Shown piece by piece: positions 10,731 to 19,301 of a DNA stretch of 47,767 nucleotides. The position numbers and the translations under genes are program-made. Origin of the DNA: an uncultured delta proteobacterium (GTDB lineage: Bacteria > RBG-13-61-14 > DRUE01); NCBI GenBank assembly GCA_903930515.1, contig CAIYYW010000313.1, forward strand, positions 1 to 47,767. The letters run 5' to 3'. The notes under the pieces are model-generated. The model ran no database searches, was not told the origin of the DNA, and saw nothing but the letters and a program-made list of their open reading frames with translations. Within the stretch, counting starts at the first letter, position 1. Every line of letters starts with the position of its first letter.

Positions 10731-12635
10731 TTATATGCCTAATTTCTTCCGCTTCGCCTGGATATGCGCCCAAATTCCATCCACGGCCATACTCGCGTTG
10801 GTTTCCAGATGGAGGATTCCGCCGGTGACCTCTTTGCAATCCTCGGTCAGCAGTTTCACCAGGTTGGTTCCGCCGGTGATGGTCGGGACCGGGTTGACAT
10901 AAGTGTAAAGGCCGAGCGCGAGCGCGAAGATGGCGTCAATGGTGGCCTTCTGTTCCATATATTCGGGCGCGACCGCGGCGACCGGGAGGTCCGGGAGCGG
11001 GACATTACCGAGCGCGCCGGAGATGGAGCAGAGCAGGTCCGCGAGTCTTCCGGTATCGGTGCAGGTGCCGAAACTGAGCACGGGCGGGACCTTCAGGCTG
11101 GAGCAGATTTTTTTCAAGCCCGGCCCGGCCAGCTCCATCGCCTCGGGCTTGCACAACCCGGCCGCCTGGAGCGCGCCGTTCCCGCATCCCATTGCCAGCA
11201 CCAAAATGTCGCGCCGGATCAGCTCCCTCGCAACCGCCACGGTATGCACATCCTGGCCGGTGTCGCGGAGCGCGGTGCAGGACACCAAACCCGCGACCCC
11301 CACGATGGTCCCGTCCTTGATCGCGTTGAGCAGCGGGTCCAAACTTCCGCCCAATGCCGAAACAATGCTTTCCGGCGAAAAGCCGACCATCGCGTCCTGG
11401 ATCGGCTGGCCTATGATCGGCTCAATGGATTTCCTCCGCTCCGGGAAATTGGCAATCGCCATCTGCAACAATTTTCCGGCCTGGGCCTCGGCCTGGTCCG
11501 GCAGGTAATCAATCCGGTCCGTGATCCCTTCAAACGCCACCAGGTCGCTCACCGGGATCAGCTTGAACTTGTATTTCCGCGCGTAAACCGGATCAACCGG
11601 CATTGAGCAGTTCATATCGCAGGCGAACAAATCCACGCACCCGCTCGCCAGAACCGCTTCCTGCATAATCCAGTTGCCGGTGAAACCGAAAAAGACCTCA
11701 TCCATCTCCCAGCGCTGGGTCATCTCCTGGCCGGTTTCTATATTGGCGATCACCCGCAGACCCTTTGCCCCGACCGATTTCGCCCGGTCCTGCCATTCCT
11801 TTTTCCGCGCCAACTGCACCATCGCGAACCCCAGGAACGGCTCGTGGCCGTTGGGAAGGATGTTGACAAAATCCGGATCCAAAACGCCCAGGTCAACCCG
11901 TATCAAATGCGGCTTCGGAATTCCGAAAATAATGTCCTGGCAATACTCGTTCACGATCTGGCTCTGATACCCCGTCGCCACCGAAAGCCGCATCGCCTTG
12001 AGCGCCAGACTCTGATAGTATCCGTCAACATTGGTCAGGCAGGACGAGGTCGCCCGCATAATTTCGCCGTGGATGCCGCCGGGAAAAATCCCCAGCTTCC
12101 GCCAAAGCCCCTTCCGCTCCGGGGGCGCGAGCGATTCCACGATTCGGCTCTCCTGGTCGTGCTTGCGGTTGAAGTCAGCCTCAACCAATTCGCACAACGC
12201 GAGCGCAATCGCTTTCGCGTCTCCTTTCGCCTCTATCCCGAGTCGTTCGGCAAAAGTTTTGAGCTTCTCCGGCTCCTTGATTTGGAACGGGGTTTTGCCT
12301 CGCGCAGTCGCGGCCAAAGTCTTGATCGTCTGTTCCGTGTGATATTGATAGGTGGACGCGCCTAAAACATTTCTCAGCAGCATCATCCGCATCGCCATCC
12401 CGTCCGCGCTGATCCCGCACACGCCCCGCTTGTCCTTGGCCAAATCCGACCGGCAAGGGCCGTTGCTGCAAAGATCGCAGCGAGCGCCCGACATACAGAA
12501 CGGGCAGCGCTGGTCCGGGCTTTGGCCCAGGCCTTGAGCCTCATACCGGTCCCAGATATTGCTCAGCCCGTCCCGCTTGATCCGCTCATAAGCCTTTTGA
12601 ACCGAAACATGATAACTAATCCTGTCCTTTTCCAT
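10731..12635 (-). CDS. cooS: anaerobic Ni-dependent carbon monoxide dehydrogenase catalytic subunit
   Basis: 634 aa. N-terminal Cys cluster CPFCMSGARCDLCSNGPCR...GVCG typical of CooS/AcsA-type CODH. GGAGGAG SD before the ATG at 12635. Confidence 0.88.
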   Translation of the reverse strand: MEKDRISYHVSVQKAYERIKRDGLSNIWDRYEAQGLGQSPDQRCPFCMSGARCDLCSNGPCRSDLAKDKRGVCGISADGMAMRMMLLRNVLGASTYQYHTEQTIKTLAATARGKTPFQIKEPEKLKTFAERLGIEAKGDAKAIALALCELVEADFNRKHDQESRIVESLAPPERKGLWRKLGIFPGGIHGEIMRATSSCLTNVDGYYQSLALKAMRLSVATGYQSQIVNEYCQDIIFGIPKPHLIRVDLGVLDPDFVNILPNGHEPFLGFAMVQLARKKEWQDRAKSVGAKGLRVIANIETGQEMTQRWEMDEVFFGFTGNWIMQEAVLASGCVDLFACDMNCSMPVDPVYARKYKFKLIPVSDLVAFEGITDRIDYLPDQAEAQAGKLLQMAIANFPERRKSIEPIIGQPIQDAMVGFSPESIVSALGGSLDPLLNAIKDGTIVGVAGLVSCTALRDTGQDVHTVAVARELIRRDILVLAMGCGNGALQAAGLCKPEAMELAGPGLKKICSSLKVPPVLSFGTCTDTGRLADLLCSISGALGNVPLPDLPVAAVAPEYMEQKATIDAIFALALGLYTYVNPVPTITGGTNLVKLLTEDCKEVTGGILHLETNASMAVDGIWAHIQAKRKKLGI

Positions 12636-12804
12636 ACCGCTCCTCCGAAATTATTTTCTCCCGTAAAACCGCGTTTATCCGCGATAAGAATCAACCGGGC
12701 GCTTGATCCTAACCCCCGGCCATTTCCTTCCCTCCTTATAACTATTCTTTTCCCCTGCAGAACCAGAAATCAGAAAACCTTTCCGCCTGCTTTCCGCTCG
12801 CGCA

Positions 12805-13425
12805 CTATTTATTTGCTGCTTGCTGGAATCCCTTGATGCCTGCATTGAAAGCCCTAAGATTCAGGTCTCTTTTTTCCGGGTCGGAGAAGAGTTCGGAGAT
12901 GGCTTGGTGGAATAGCTCAAGAGAAAAGTCCAGCCAGTTTGATGCGGCCAGGGCGCCGACCATTACCAGGTTCTGGGCCAGGTGATTTCCGGCCTGTTTG
13001 GCGAGTTCAGTGGCTTCCACCACGACCGACACCGCGGCGAGGTTTTTGATCTGGGTGAAGATCAGTTCCAGGTCGGGATATTTGGAATCTCCGGAGAGGA
13101 CGGAGATGGGATAGTTTGGCCGGGGATTGAAGACCACCTTGGTAGTATCGTTTCCATACTCAAGCAGGACTCGGAGGGTCTCAAGCGGTTCAAAGCCCAC
13201 GATCAGGTCAGCCTCTCCTTTGGGGATAAGCGGCCCGACCGGGAATGCGGTTGAGAAACGGATGTGGCTCATCACGGACCCGCCGCGCTGGGAGGCTCCG
13301 TAGGTCTCGCCGATGGCGACTCGGAGTCCCTTTTTGATCCCGGCTCCGGCCACGATCTGGCTGGCCAGGATGTTGCCCTGTCCGCCGACTCCGCAGACGA
13401 TCAGGTTAATAAGGTCGGGGGTCAT
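12805..13425 (-). CDS. iorB: indolepyruvate:ferredoxin oxidoreductase beta subunit (2-oxoacid:Fd oxidoreductase gamma-type domain)
   Basis: IVCGVGGQGNILAS N-terminal motif, ~200 aa. The ATG overlaps the HEPN stop (ATGA at 13422-13425). Confidence 0.85.
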   Translation of the reverse strand: MTPDLINLIVCGVGGQGNILASQIVAGAGIKKGLRVAIGETYGASQRGGSVMSHIRFSTAFPVGPLIPKGEADLIVGFEPLETLRVLLEYGNDTTKVVFNPRPNYPISVLSGDSKYPDLELIFTQIKNLAAVSVVVEATELAKQAGNHLAQNLVMVGALAASNWLDFSLELFHQAISELFSDPEKRDLNLRAFNAGIKGFQQAANK

Positions 13426-13841
13426 GGTTTCTCCTGCTTAAAAGCGATCTGGGTCAAGATTTTGAGCAATTGCTCGGCGGTATCCAGGTATTGCCGGAAT
13501 TGCTTCTGGTCAGGCATTTGCATTTCCTCCATGGGATACCGCGCCTCAATATAGAACGGTTCAAACTTCCTGACAAAATCGCGGTATGGTTCGAGGCTGG
13601 GCGCGAAATCGGGATAAAAATGAAGGAGTTTTTTCAAGAGATATCCCAAGCCATGTTCTTTGATTAACTCCCCTTCGGGATGGGAGATGATGCACCCCTT
13701 GATCGCCAACTCGAGCGATTGCTGAATCCAGAACCCCGCGGCCTCCAGATCGTTTTGGCCGAGCTGGTTTTTGGCTCTCTCCATATGCTTCCTGCTCTTC
13801 TCAAACCACAGGGTCGGCTTTCGAGAATCTCTCCTAGCCAT
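13422..13841 (-). CDS. HEPN domain protein (partner of adjacent nucleotidyltransferase)
   Basis: ~139-aa helical protein with the KEHGLGYLL and FYIEARYP motifs characteristic of PF05168-type HEPN. Overlaps the MNT gene by 8 nt. Confidence 0.78.
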   Translation of the reverse strand: MARRDSRKPTLWFEKSRKHMERAKNQLGQNDLEAAGFWIQQSLELAIKGCIISHPEGELIKEHGLGYLLKKLLHFYPDFAPSLEPYRDFVRKFEPFYIEARYPMEEMQMPDQKQFRQYLDTAEQLLKILTQIAFKQEKP

Positions 13842-14157
13842 GCAATCTCTTCCCGTCTTCCAAAATCTTTTCGATGAAGTAGTTGCCTTTTTTGAGATTC
13901 CGGCTGATTTCGCGGGGGGTCATCACCAGGATGTCCATCGGCTGCTCCATGATCAGTTCGTCCAGCAGCCGCGAAACCTCGACATACCGGTCAACAAAAT
14001 TCTTTTGAGTCCGCTTGATAATCAACAAATCTATATCGCTTTCCTTTCCCGGCTTGCCCCAGGCGTGCGAGCCGAACAGGATGATGCGCTCGGGATGATA
14101 ATTTTTAACCAGCCGGGCGGTGATCTGTTTGATCAGTTTTTCGGAATGCGGGCTCAT
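13834..14157 (-). CDS. minimal nucleotidyltransferase (MNT, Pol-beta superfamily)
   Basis: ILFGSHAWGKPGKESDIDLLII, i.e. GS-X10-DxD nucleotidyltransferase motif. 107 aa. The ATG overlaps the iorA stop (ATGA at 14154-14157). Confidence 0.85.
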   Translation of the reverse strand: MSPHSEKLIKQITARLVKNYHPERIILFGSHAWGKPGKESDIDLLIIKRTQKNFVDRYVEVSRLLDELIMEQPMDILVMTPREISRNLKKGNYFIEKILEDGKRLHG

Positions 14158-16094
14158 TTTTTTGCCGCCTTCTTCTTCAAGGGTTGCTCGAGCTTAATCG
14201 CTCCCTTCGGGCAGATTTTGAGACACACTCCGCAGCGGGTGCAGACCACTTCGTCAATGGCGGCCTTCTGTTTTATATTGTCCCAGATCAATGCCGGGCA
14301 GGCGAAGACTCGGGAGCAGAAGCGGTTGCAGCCGCACGCGTCTCCGAGGCATATTTCCTGGTCAATGATCACGCGCGGCTGATCTTCCTTGCGCTCGCGT
14401 CCCTCAATCAGGGCGCATTTATGCCGGAAGACCAGGACCCGCAATTGATCGGTTTCCAGGGCGTCTTCCAGGATTTTGAGAGCCTGCTCAAATTCAAACG
14501 GGTCCACGGCCTGGACCGTGAGTCCGATCCCGGCGCAAACTTTTTCAATTGAGACCGGCTCAACCTGCTGACCGAGGGCGTTCTTTCCGGTTCCGGGATG
14601 GGGCTGGAATCCGGTCATGGCGGTGCCGGAATTGTCCAGGACGATGAAGACCATTTTGGCGCCATTATATTTGGCGTTGACCAGCCCGGGCAAACAGGAA
14701 TGGAAAAAGGTGGAATCCCCGGCAATGGCGATCACGGGCTGATGGAAGCCGGCGAGGTTTCCGAGACCGTTGGCGAATCCGATCCCGGATCCCATACATT
14801 GGAGGGTCCGGGAGAGGTTGTATCCGGTCTTGCTCACGCCCATGGAGTAGCAGCCGATGTCTCCGATCAAAACTCCCTCGCGGTCGTCTTCCTTGAGCGC
14901 GGTCTTGATCACCCAGAAGGACGCGCGGTGCGGACAGCCGGCGCAAAAGGCCCATTCCCTTCCGGGCAGTTTCCATTCCGCGGCCTGTTTTCCGGCGGCG
15001 AGGAATTTTTCGCTCCGCTCCGGCCGCCTGGCGCCGAGGATGCCGGCGAGGGAATCATAAACAATGTCCGGGCTCATCTCTCCGATCCCGGCTCCCCTCG
15101 GGCCTTTGATCTGACCGCCGCGCTTGCCGAAAATTTTCGGGACCGCTATTCCCTGGAACACGGCCCCGGCCATTACCACCTTGAGATTATCTTCCAGGAA
15201 CGGGTCCACTTCTTCAAAGACCAAGACCTGCTTGGCCCGGGCCAGATGCTTGATCACGAGTTGTTCCGGAAGCGGCCATCCGGTTCCGATCTTGAGCACG
15301 CCGGCCTGATCGTCCAGGCCGAGGTTGTGAACGGCTTCAATGGCGTATGCCGCGGAAGGCCCGGAGGCAACGATCACGGTCTCGGCGTTTTCCGGTCCCA
15401 AGTATGCGTTGAAGGGTGATTTTTCAAATTCAGCTTTGGCCTGGTTGAAGCGGAGGTGGAGGATGGGATGCACGAGCGGATGTCCGATAAACCGGTCCAG
15501 GAACCCCATTGCCGGCTTCCGGGAGCGGGTCTGAATTTCTCCGAGCTTGACATCGCCGCGCGCGTGTGAAACCCGGGTGACGCTCCGGACCAGGACCGGG
15601 AGCTTGACCCGCTCGGAAAGCTCAAAGGCATATTTGATCATCTCCTTGGCCTCTGCGGGAGTGCTCGGCTCCAACAGAGGCAGCTCGGCGAGCTTGGCAT
15701 GAAGGCGCGAGTCCATTTCATTGGTGCTGGAATGACCGCCCGGATCGTCCGCAACCACCAGCACGATCCCTCCCTTGGTCCCGGAGAGGTTCACGGTATT
15801 GAGCACATCCGAGACCACATTCAGGCCATTCTGCTTCATTGAGGTGAGCGATCTCATCCCGGCGAAGCTGGCCCCGCAACAGGCCTCAAACGCCACCTTC
15901 TCGTTCACCGACCATTCCGCGTGATGTCCGAAAACCTTCGCGGCCTGCGCCAAAGTTTCCTGGATCTCGCTGGAGGGCGAGCCGGGATAGCTGGCGGTGA
16001 AATCCACTCCCGCCTCAATCGCCCCTCGCGCAATCGCCTCGTTTCCCATCATCAGGACGGTTTTGCCGGACTCTTTCAAAAACACCGGGTTCAT
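14154..16094 (-). CDS. iorA: indolepyruvate:ferredoxin oxidoreductase alpha subunit (TPP-binding, 2x[4Fe-4S] C-terminus)
   Basis: MGNEAIARGAIEAGV..SYPGSPSSEI N-terminus, GDSTFFH TPP region, C-terminal CxxCxxCxxxCP ferredoxin motifs. Start set at the ATG at 16094 (ATGA overlap with the upstream stop), not the listed 16133. Confidence 0.88.
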   Translation of the reverse strand: MNPVFLKESGKTVLMMGNEAIARGAIEAGVDFTASYPGSPSSEIQETLAQAAKVFGHHAEWSVNEKVAFEACCGASFAGMRSLTSMKQNGLNVVSDVLNTVNLSGTKGGIVLVVADDPGGHSSTNEMDSRLHAKLAELPLLEPSTPAEAKEMIKYAFELSERVKLPVLVRSVTRVSHARGDVKLGEIQTRSRKPAMGFLDRFIGHPLVHPILHLRFNQAKAEFEKSPFNAYLGPENAETVIVASGPSAAYAIEAVHNLGLDDQAGVLKIGTGWPLPEQLVIKHLARAKQVLVFEEVDPFLEDNLKVVMAGAVFQGIAVPKIFGKRGGQIKGPRGAGIGEMSPDIVYDSLAGILGARRPERSEKFLAAGKQAAEWKLPGREWAFCAGCPHRASFWVIKTALKEDDREGVLIGDIGCYSMGVSKTGYNLSRTLQCMGSGIGFANGLGNLAGFHQPVIAIAGDSTFFHSCLPGLVNAKYNGAKMVFIVLDNSGTAMTGFQPHPGTGKNALGQQVEPVSIEKVCAGIGLTVQAVDPFEFEQALKILEDALETDQLRVLVFRHKCALIEGRERKEDQPRVIIDQEICLGDACGCNRFCSRVFACPALIWDNIKQKAAIDEVVCTRCGVCLKICPKGAIKLEQPLKKKAAKK

Positions 16095-17242
16095 TTTTTG
16101 ACTCCACCGATCGGGTTCGCGTTTTTGATCCAATCTTTCTCGCGGTCGCTGATCGCCAAATATTCCCGCGCCTTCTTCTCCACGAACAGCGCGTCCACCA
16201 CCCGTTTCTTTTTACCCAGGGCCGCGTTGCGCAACAGCCGCTCGCGCTCTGCCGGAAATTCATTGAGCTTGAGCGCCTTGTCCTTTTTCGCTTTTGCCGC
16301 GAATTCCTGGCCGCGTTCGGTCCGCACAATCAAAGTGTTCCAGTCATCCTTCCACTCGGTGCCGCCGACGCTCAGGTCGGCCAACTCGGAGGTGAAGTCA
16401 TAGCAAAGGTCGCAGGTGGCTTTGTGGAGTTCCTTGATCGGCTCAAAGTCCAATTCCTTTTTGCCCTTCGCGGTGTAAACCACAAACCGGTTGAAAGGGA
16501 TGTCAATTTTCTTCGCGGAATTGATCTCCATCCGGCCCGCGAGGTGTTGATAGAGCTTGCGGTAATCCAACGCCCACATACAAAACAGCCCGATGATCAG
16601 GGGGACCCGCTCGGAAAGCTCCGGCTCCAAAACCATCCGCTTCCGGAGCGCCTCCACCTGGCAGGCCCGTCCCACGAACGCCAGCTTCTTGCATTGCTTG
16701 AGCGAGTCGTCCAGGATTTTCAGGCTCGGCGCCGAGGTGTATTTGCTCCCGGCGCACGCCAGGATTTCTTTTTCGGTCCGGGCCAGCATCGGCTCGGGCA
16801 GGAGCTGGTAGCTCTTGGAATAATTGACCAGGATCGCGCCGTCAATAATTTTTTTGCCCAGCGCGTAAGTCAGCGCCCCGGTCACGGCTCCGCCGTATTG
16901 GGCCTTGGCTTGGACGCTCTTTTTCCAGGATTGCGCCAGAAAAATCCCCCGATGCGTTCCCAGCACAAAATCCTCGCGCGGCTTGCCGAACACCTTCCGG
17001 TTCAAATCCTCCAGGTCCAGCCTGGTCCTCGGGCAGATTTCATAGCATCTCCCCTCGGTCTTCCCGCACGGCTCCAGCAGGACCACTTTTTCCTTCCGGA
17101 CCTTGAAATACGGGCAGAGGCCGAGGCAGGCCCCGCAACCGGTGCACAGCCCGAACTTGAGGATTTCAAATTCCAGCTCCGCCGGACCTTTGTGCAAACT
17201 TAATTGATCGGCCACTTTCCCAATCCTCCCTGAACTACTCAA
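16091..17242 (-). CDS. FrhB/FdhB-family Fe-S flavoprotein (coenzyme F420 hydrogenase/dehydrogenase beta-subunit-like)
   Basis: N-terminal CTGCGACLGLCPY ferredoxin-type motif followed by a ~300-aa FrhB-like body. The call is family-level from general resemblance only. Start is TTG at 17242, or GTG at 17215 (GGGAGGA SD). Confidence 0.65.
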   Translation of the reverse strand: MSSSGRIGKVADQLSLHKGPAELEFEILKFGLCTGCGACLGLCPYFKVRKEKVVLLEPCGKTEGRCYEICPRTRLDLEDLNRKVFGKPREDFVLGTHRGIFLAQSWKKSVQAKAQYGGAVTGALTYALGKKIIDGAILVNYSKSYQLLPEPMLARTEKEILACAGSKYTSAPSLKILDDSLKQCKKLAFVGRACQVEALRKRMVLEPELSERVPLIIGLFCMWALDYRKLYQHLAGRMEINSAKKIDIPFNRFVVYTAKGKKELDFEPIKELHKATCDLCYDFTSELADLSVGGTEWKDDWNTLIVRTERGQEFAAKAKKDKALKLNEFPAERERLLRNAALGKKKRVVDALFVEKKAREYLAISDREKDWIKNANPIGGVKK

Positions 17243-17317
17243 GCTAGATTTTAGTTAATCCGGGCGCCAAGGTCAAACTTTCAAACCAATGGTTTCTCGG
17301 TTTCCCGGTTCCTTCCA

Positions 17318-18292
17318 TTACTCATATCCCAGTTGCCTGAGTTTTTGATCAAGCAGTCGGGCAAAGATGCGCTGGGCTTGAGGGTTGGGATGCGGATCCC
17401 GCTTGCTGACCGCCAGCTTCTGCCAGGGATATGCGTCCAGTTCCGGCTTGGGATCAATATATGCAATGCCCAGCTCGGACAATTCCCGATGCAGTTGTTT
17501 GCGTTCTTTGGCAAAGGTGTTTCCGTTTTCCAGGAGCGGGAAGGTGATCACCAGGAGCCAGACGCCCTGGTCCCGGCATTGCCTCTGAATATCTGTAAGC
17601 GAGCTCACAAACCTCTTCCAGGCTTCCCCCCTCGGGTCGTAAAGGCCGGCGATAAATTCCCGGCCGGCCTTGATATATTCCTGCTGCGCCCGCAAAGCTA
17701 AATACGCGCGCGCCGGAGCAAGCTTCCACCAGAAACTTTTTTGGGCCGGCTGGAGCCAGGCCGGCTGGAACCGGAACGGCTCAATCACCAGGTCGTCCGC
17801 TTCCGTGATCGCCAGGATCACCCCATCCGGTTTCAGCGGCATCACCCGGGCCCGTAGATAAACCGATTCCTCATAGCTGCCATAGCCACGGACGCCCGCG
17901 TTGATCACCTGATACTTGTGCTTGCCGCCCCGGTTCAGAAGATTTTCCAGAACCGCGGGCAGGGTCTCATCCCCGTTCACTCCCTGGCCGAAGATAAAAG
18001 AATCCCCCAGCACCGCGATCCGGGTTACGCCTGCCGGCTTCTCCGGAGCAATCTCCGGTCCGCGGAACCCGAGCGAGTTGATCCGGACCGGGATCCCGGC
18101 CACCGCTCCGGTTGAGCCGGGGATGTGCTCATACTGAACCCCGGGCAAATCGCTTTTTTTATAAAGCGGCAGGTCTTTGCGGACTTTTGGACCGGTCAGC
18201 CATCCCAGCAGAATCCAGGCCAGGCTGGTGAGAACAACCGCCAAAATGGCGGCTCCCAGCACCGCCCCCAGCCGAAACATCCATTTCCGCAT
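17318..18292 (-). CDS. membrane-anchored SGNH/GDSL-family hydrolase
   Basis: N-terminal TM helix, block I IAVLGDSFIFGQG (GDS), later NAGVRGYG block. Confidence 0.7.
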   Translation of the reverse strand: MRKWMFRLGAVLGAAILAVVLTSLAWILLGWLTGPKVRKDLPLYKKSDLPGVQYEHIPGSTGAVAGIPVRINSLGFRGPEIAPEKPAGVTRIAVLGDSFIFGQGVNGDETLPAVLENLLNRGGKHKYQVINAGVRGYGSYEESVYLRARVMPLKPDGVILAITEADDLVIEPFRFQPAWLQPAQKSFWWKLAPARAYLALRAQQEYIKAGREFIAGLYDPRGEAWKRFVSSLTDIQRQCRDQGVWLLVITFPLLENGNTFAKERKQLHRELSELGIAYIDPKPELDAYPWQKLAVSKRDPHPNPQAQRIFARLLDQKLRQLGYE

Positions 18293-18373
18293 TTTTCTAT
18301 TATAAGCGGATTTTTGAAAGGAAAAACTGCAAAAGGAAATCCAAGGCCGCGAACCGTTTCCCGTTGCTTGAGA

Positions 18374-19186
18374 TTACTTCCCGGATTTTTTGGCCTCGTC
18401 CCACAGCGTATCCATTTCGGCCAGGGTCATATCTTTCAGGTCTTTGCCCTGCTTCTCGGCCTGGGCTTCAATGTAATGGAACCGGGTTTGGAATTTGCGG
18501 GTGGTTTGGTTCAGGGCGTGTTCGGGGTTGATCTTAAGGAATCTGCTAAGATTGACCAGCACAAAAAGCACATCCCCCAATTCGTCCTCAATCCGGCTTT
18601 GCTTCTTGCCCTTGATCGCCTTGCTCAACTCTTCCCATTCTTCCTTGAATTTTTCCAGCACCGGTTCAATTTTTTCCCAGTCAAACCCGACCTGGGCCGC
18701 GTTGTCCGTGATCCGGCGGGCGCGCATCAGGGCCGGCATCGTTTCCGGGACATCCCCGAGCACGGAACTTTTCGGCCGGGTTTGCTTCTTGATCTCCGAC
18801 CACTGCTTCTTGACTTGATCCGGCGTGGCGCATTTTTTATTTCCGAAGACATGCGGGTGACGGATGGTCATCTTTTTATGGATCCGGCCTATGACTTGGG
18901 CGAGGTCAAACTGTTTGCGCTCGGAAAAAATCTGGGCCTGGAAAATGATTTGGAACAGCAAGTCCCCAAGCTCGTCGCAGATTTTTTCCGGGTCTCCCTG
19001 CTCAATCTCTTCCACCAACTCGTAGGCCTCTTCAATAATATATGTGGTCAGGCTCTTGGGGGTTTGCTTTTTGTCCCAGGGGCATCCCTTTTCCCCGCGC
19101 AATTTTTTCATCAGCTTGACCAGGTCCCGGATGTTTGCTTTTTTGTTCCCGCCCAAATTCAATCCTCCAAGAAATTTATTTGGCAC
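18374..19186 (-). CDS. mazG: nucleoside triphosphate pyrophosphohydrolase MazG
   Basis: GCPWDKKQT and two EEAYEL / ELGDVLF-type MazG repeats. ~270 aa. GTG start at 19186 is uncertain. Confidence 0.87.
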   Translation of the reverse strand: MPNKFLGGLNLGGNKKANIRDLVKLMKKLRGEKGCPWDKKQTPKSLTTYIIEEAYELVEEIEQGDPEKICDELGDLLFQIIFQAQIFSERKQFDLAQVIGRIHKKMTIRHPHVFGNKKCATPDQVKKQWSEIKKQTRPKSSVLGDVPETMPALMRARRITDNAAQVGFDWEKIEPVLEKFKEEWEELSKAIKGKKQSRIEDELGDVLFVLVNLSRFLKINPEHALNQTTRKFQTRFHYIEAQAEKQGKDLKDMTLAEMDTLWDEAKKSGK

Positions 19187-19301
19187 AGAGACCCTGAGCT
19201 CACGGAGAAGATCTTGTCGCAGAGGCAGAGTTGGTCGGTTTTTTGCTTAAGCTCCCGGAGCTAGAACTCTTCCAGACCGCCTTCTCCCGGTCTCATTATT
19301 T

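Noticed and set aside
12675-12687. Palindrome TTATC-CGC-GATAA upstream of cooS, considered as a CO-responsive regulator site.
   Set aside because: The arms are only 5 bp and it occurs once. It does not resemble the CooA/CRP-type TGTCA-N6-TGACA site, so it is compatible with chance.
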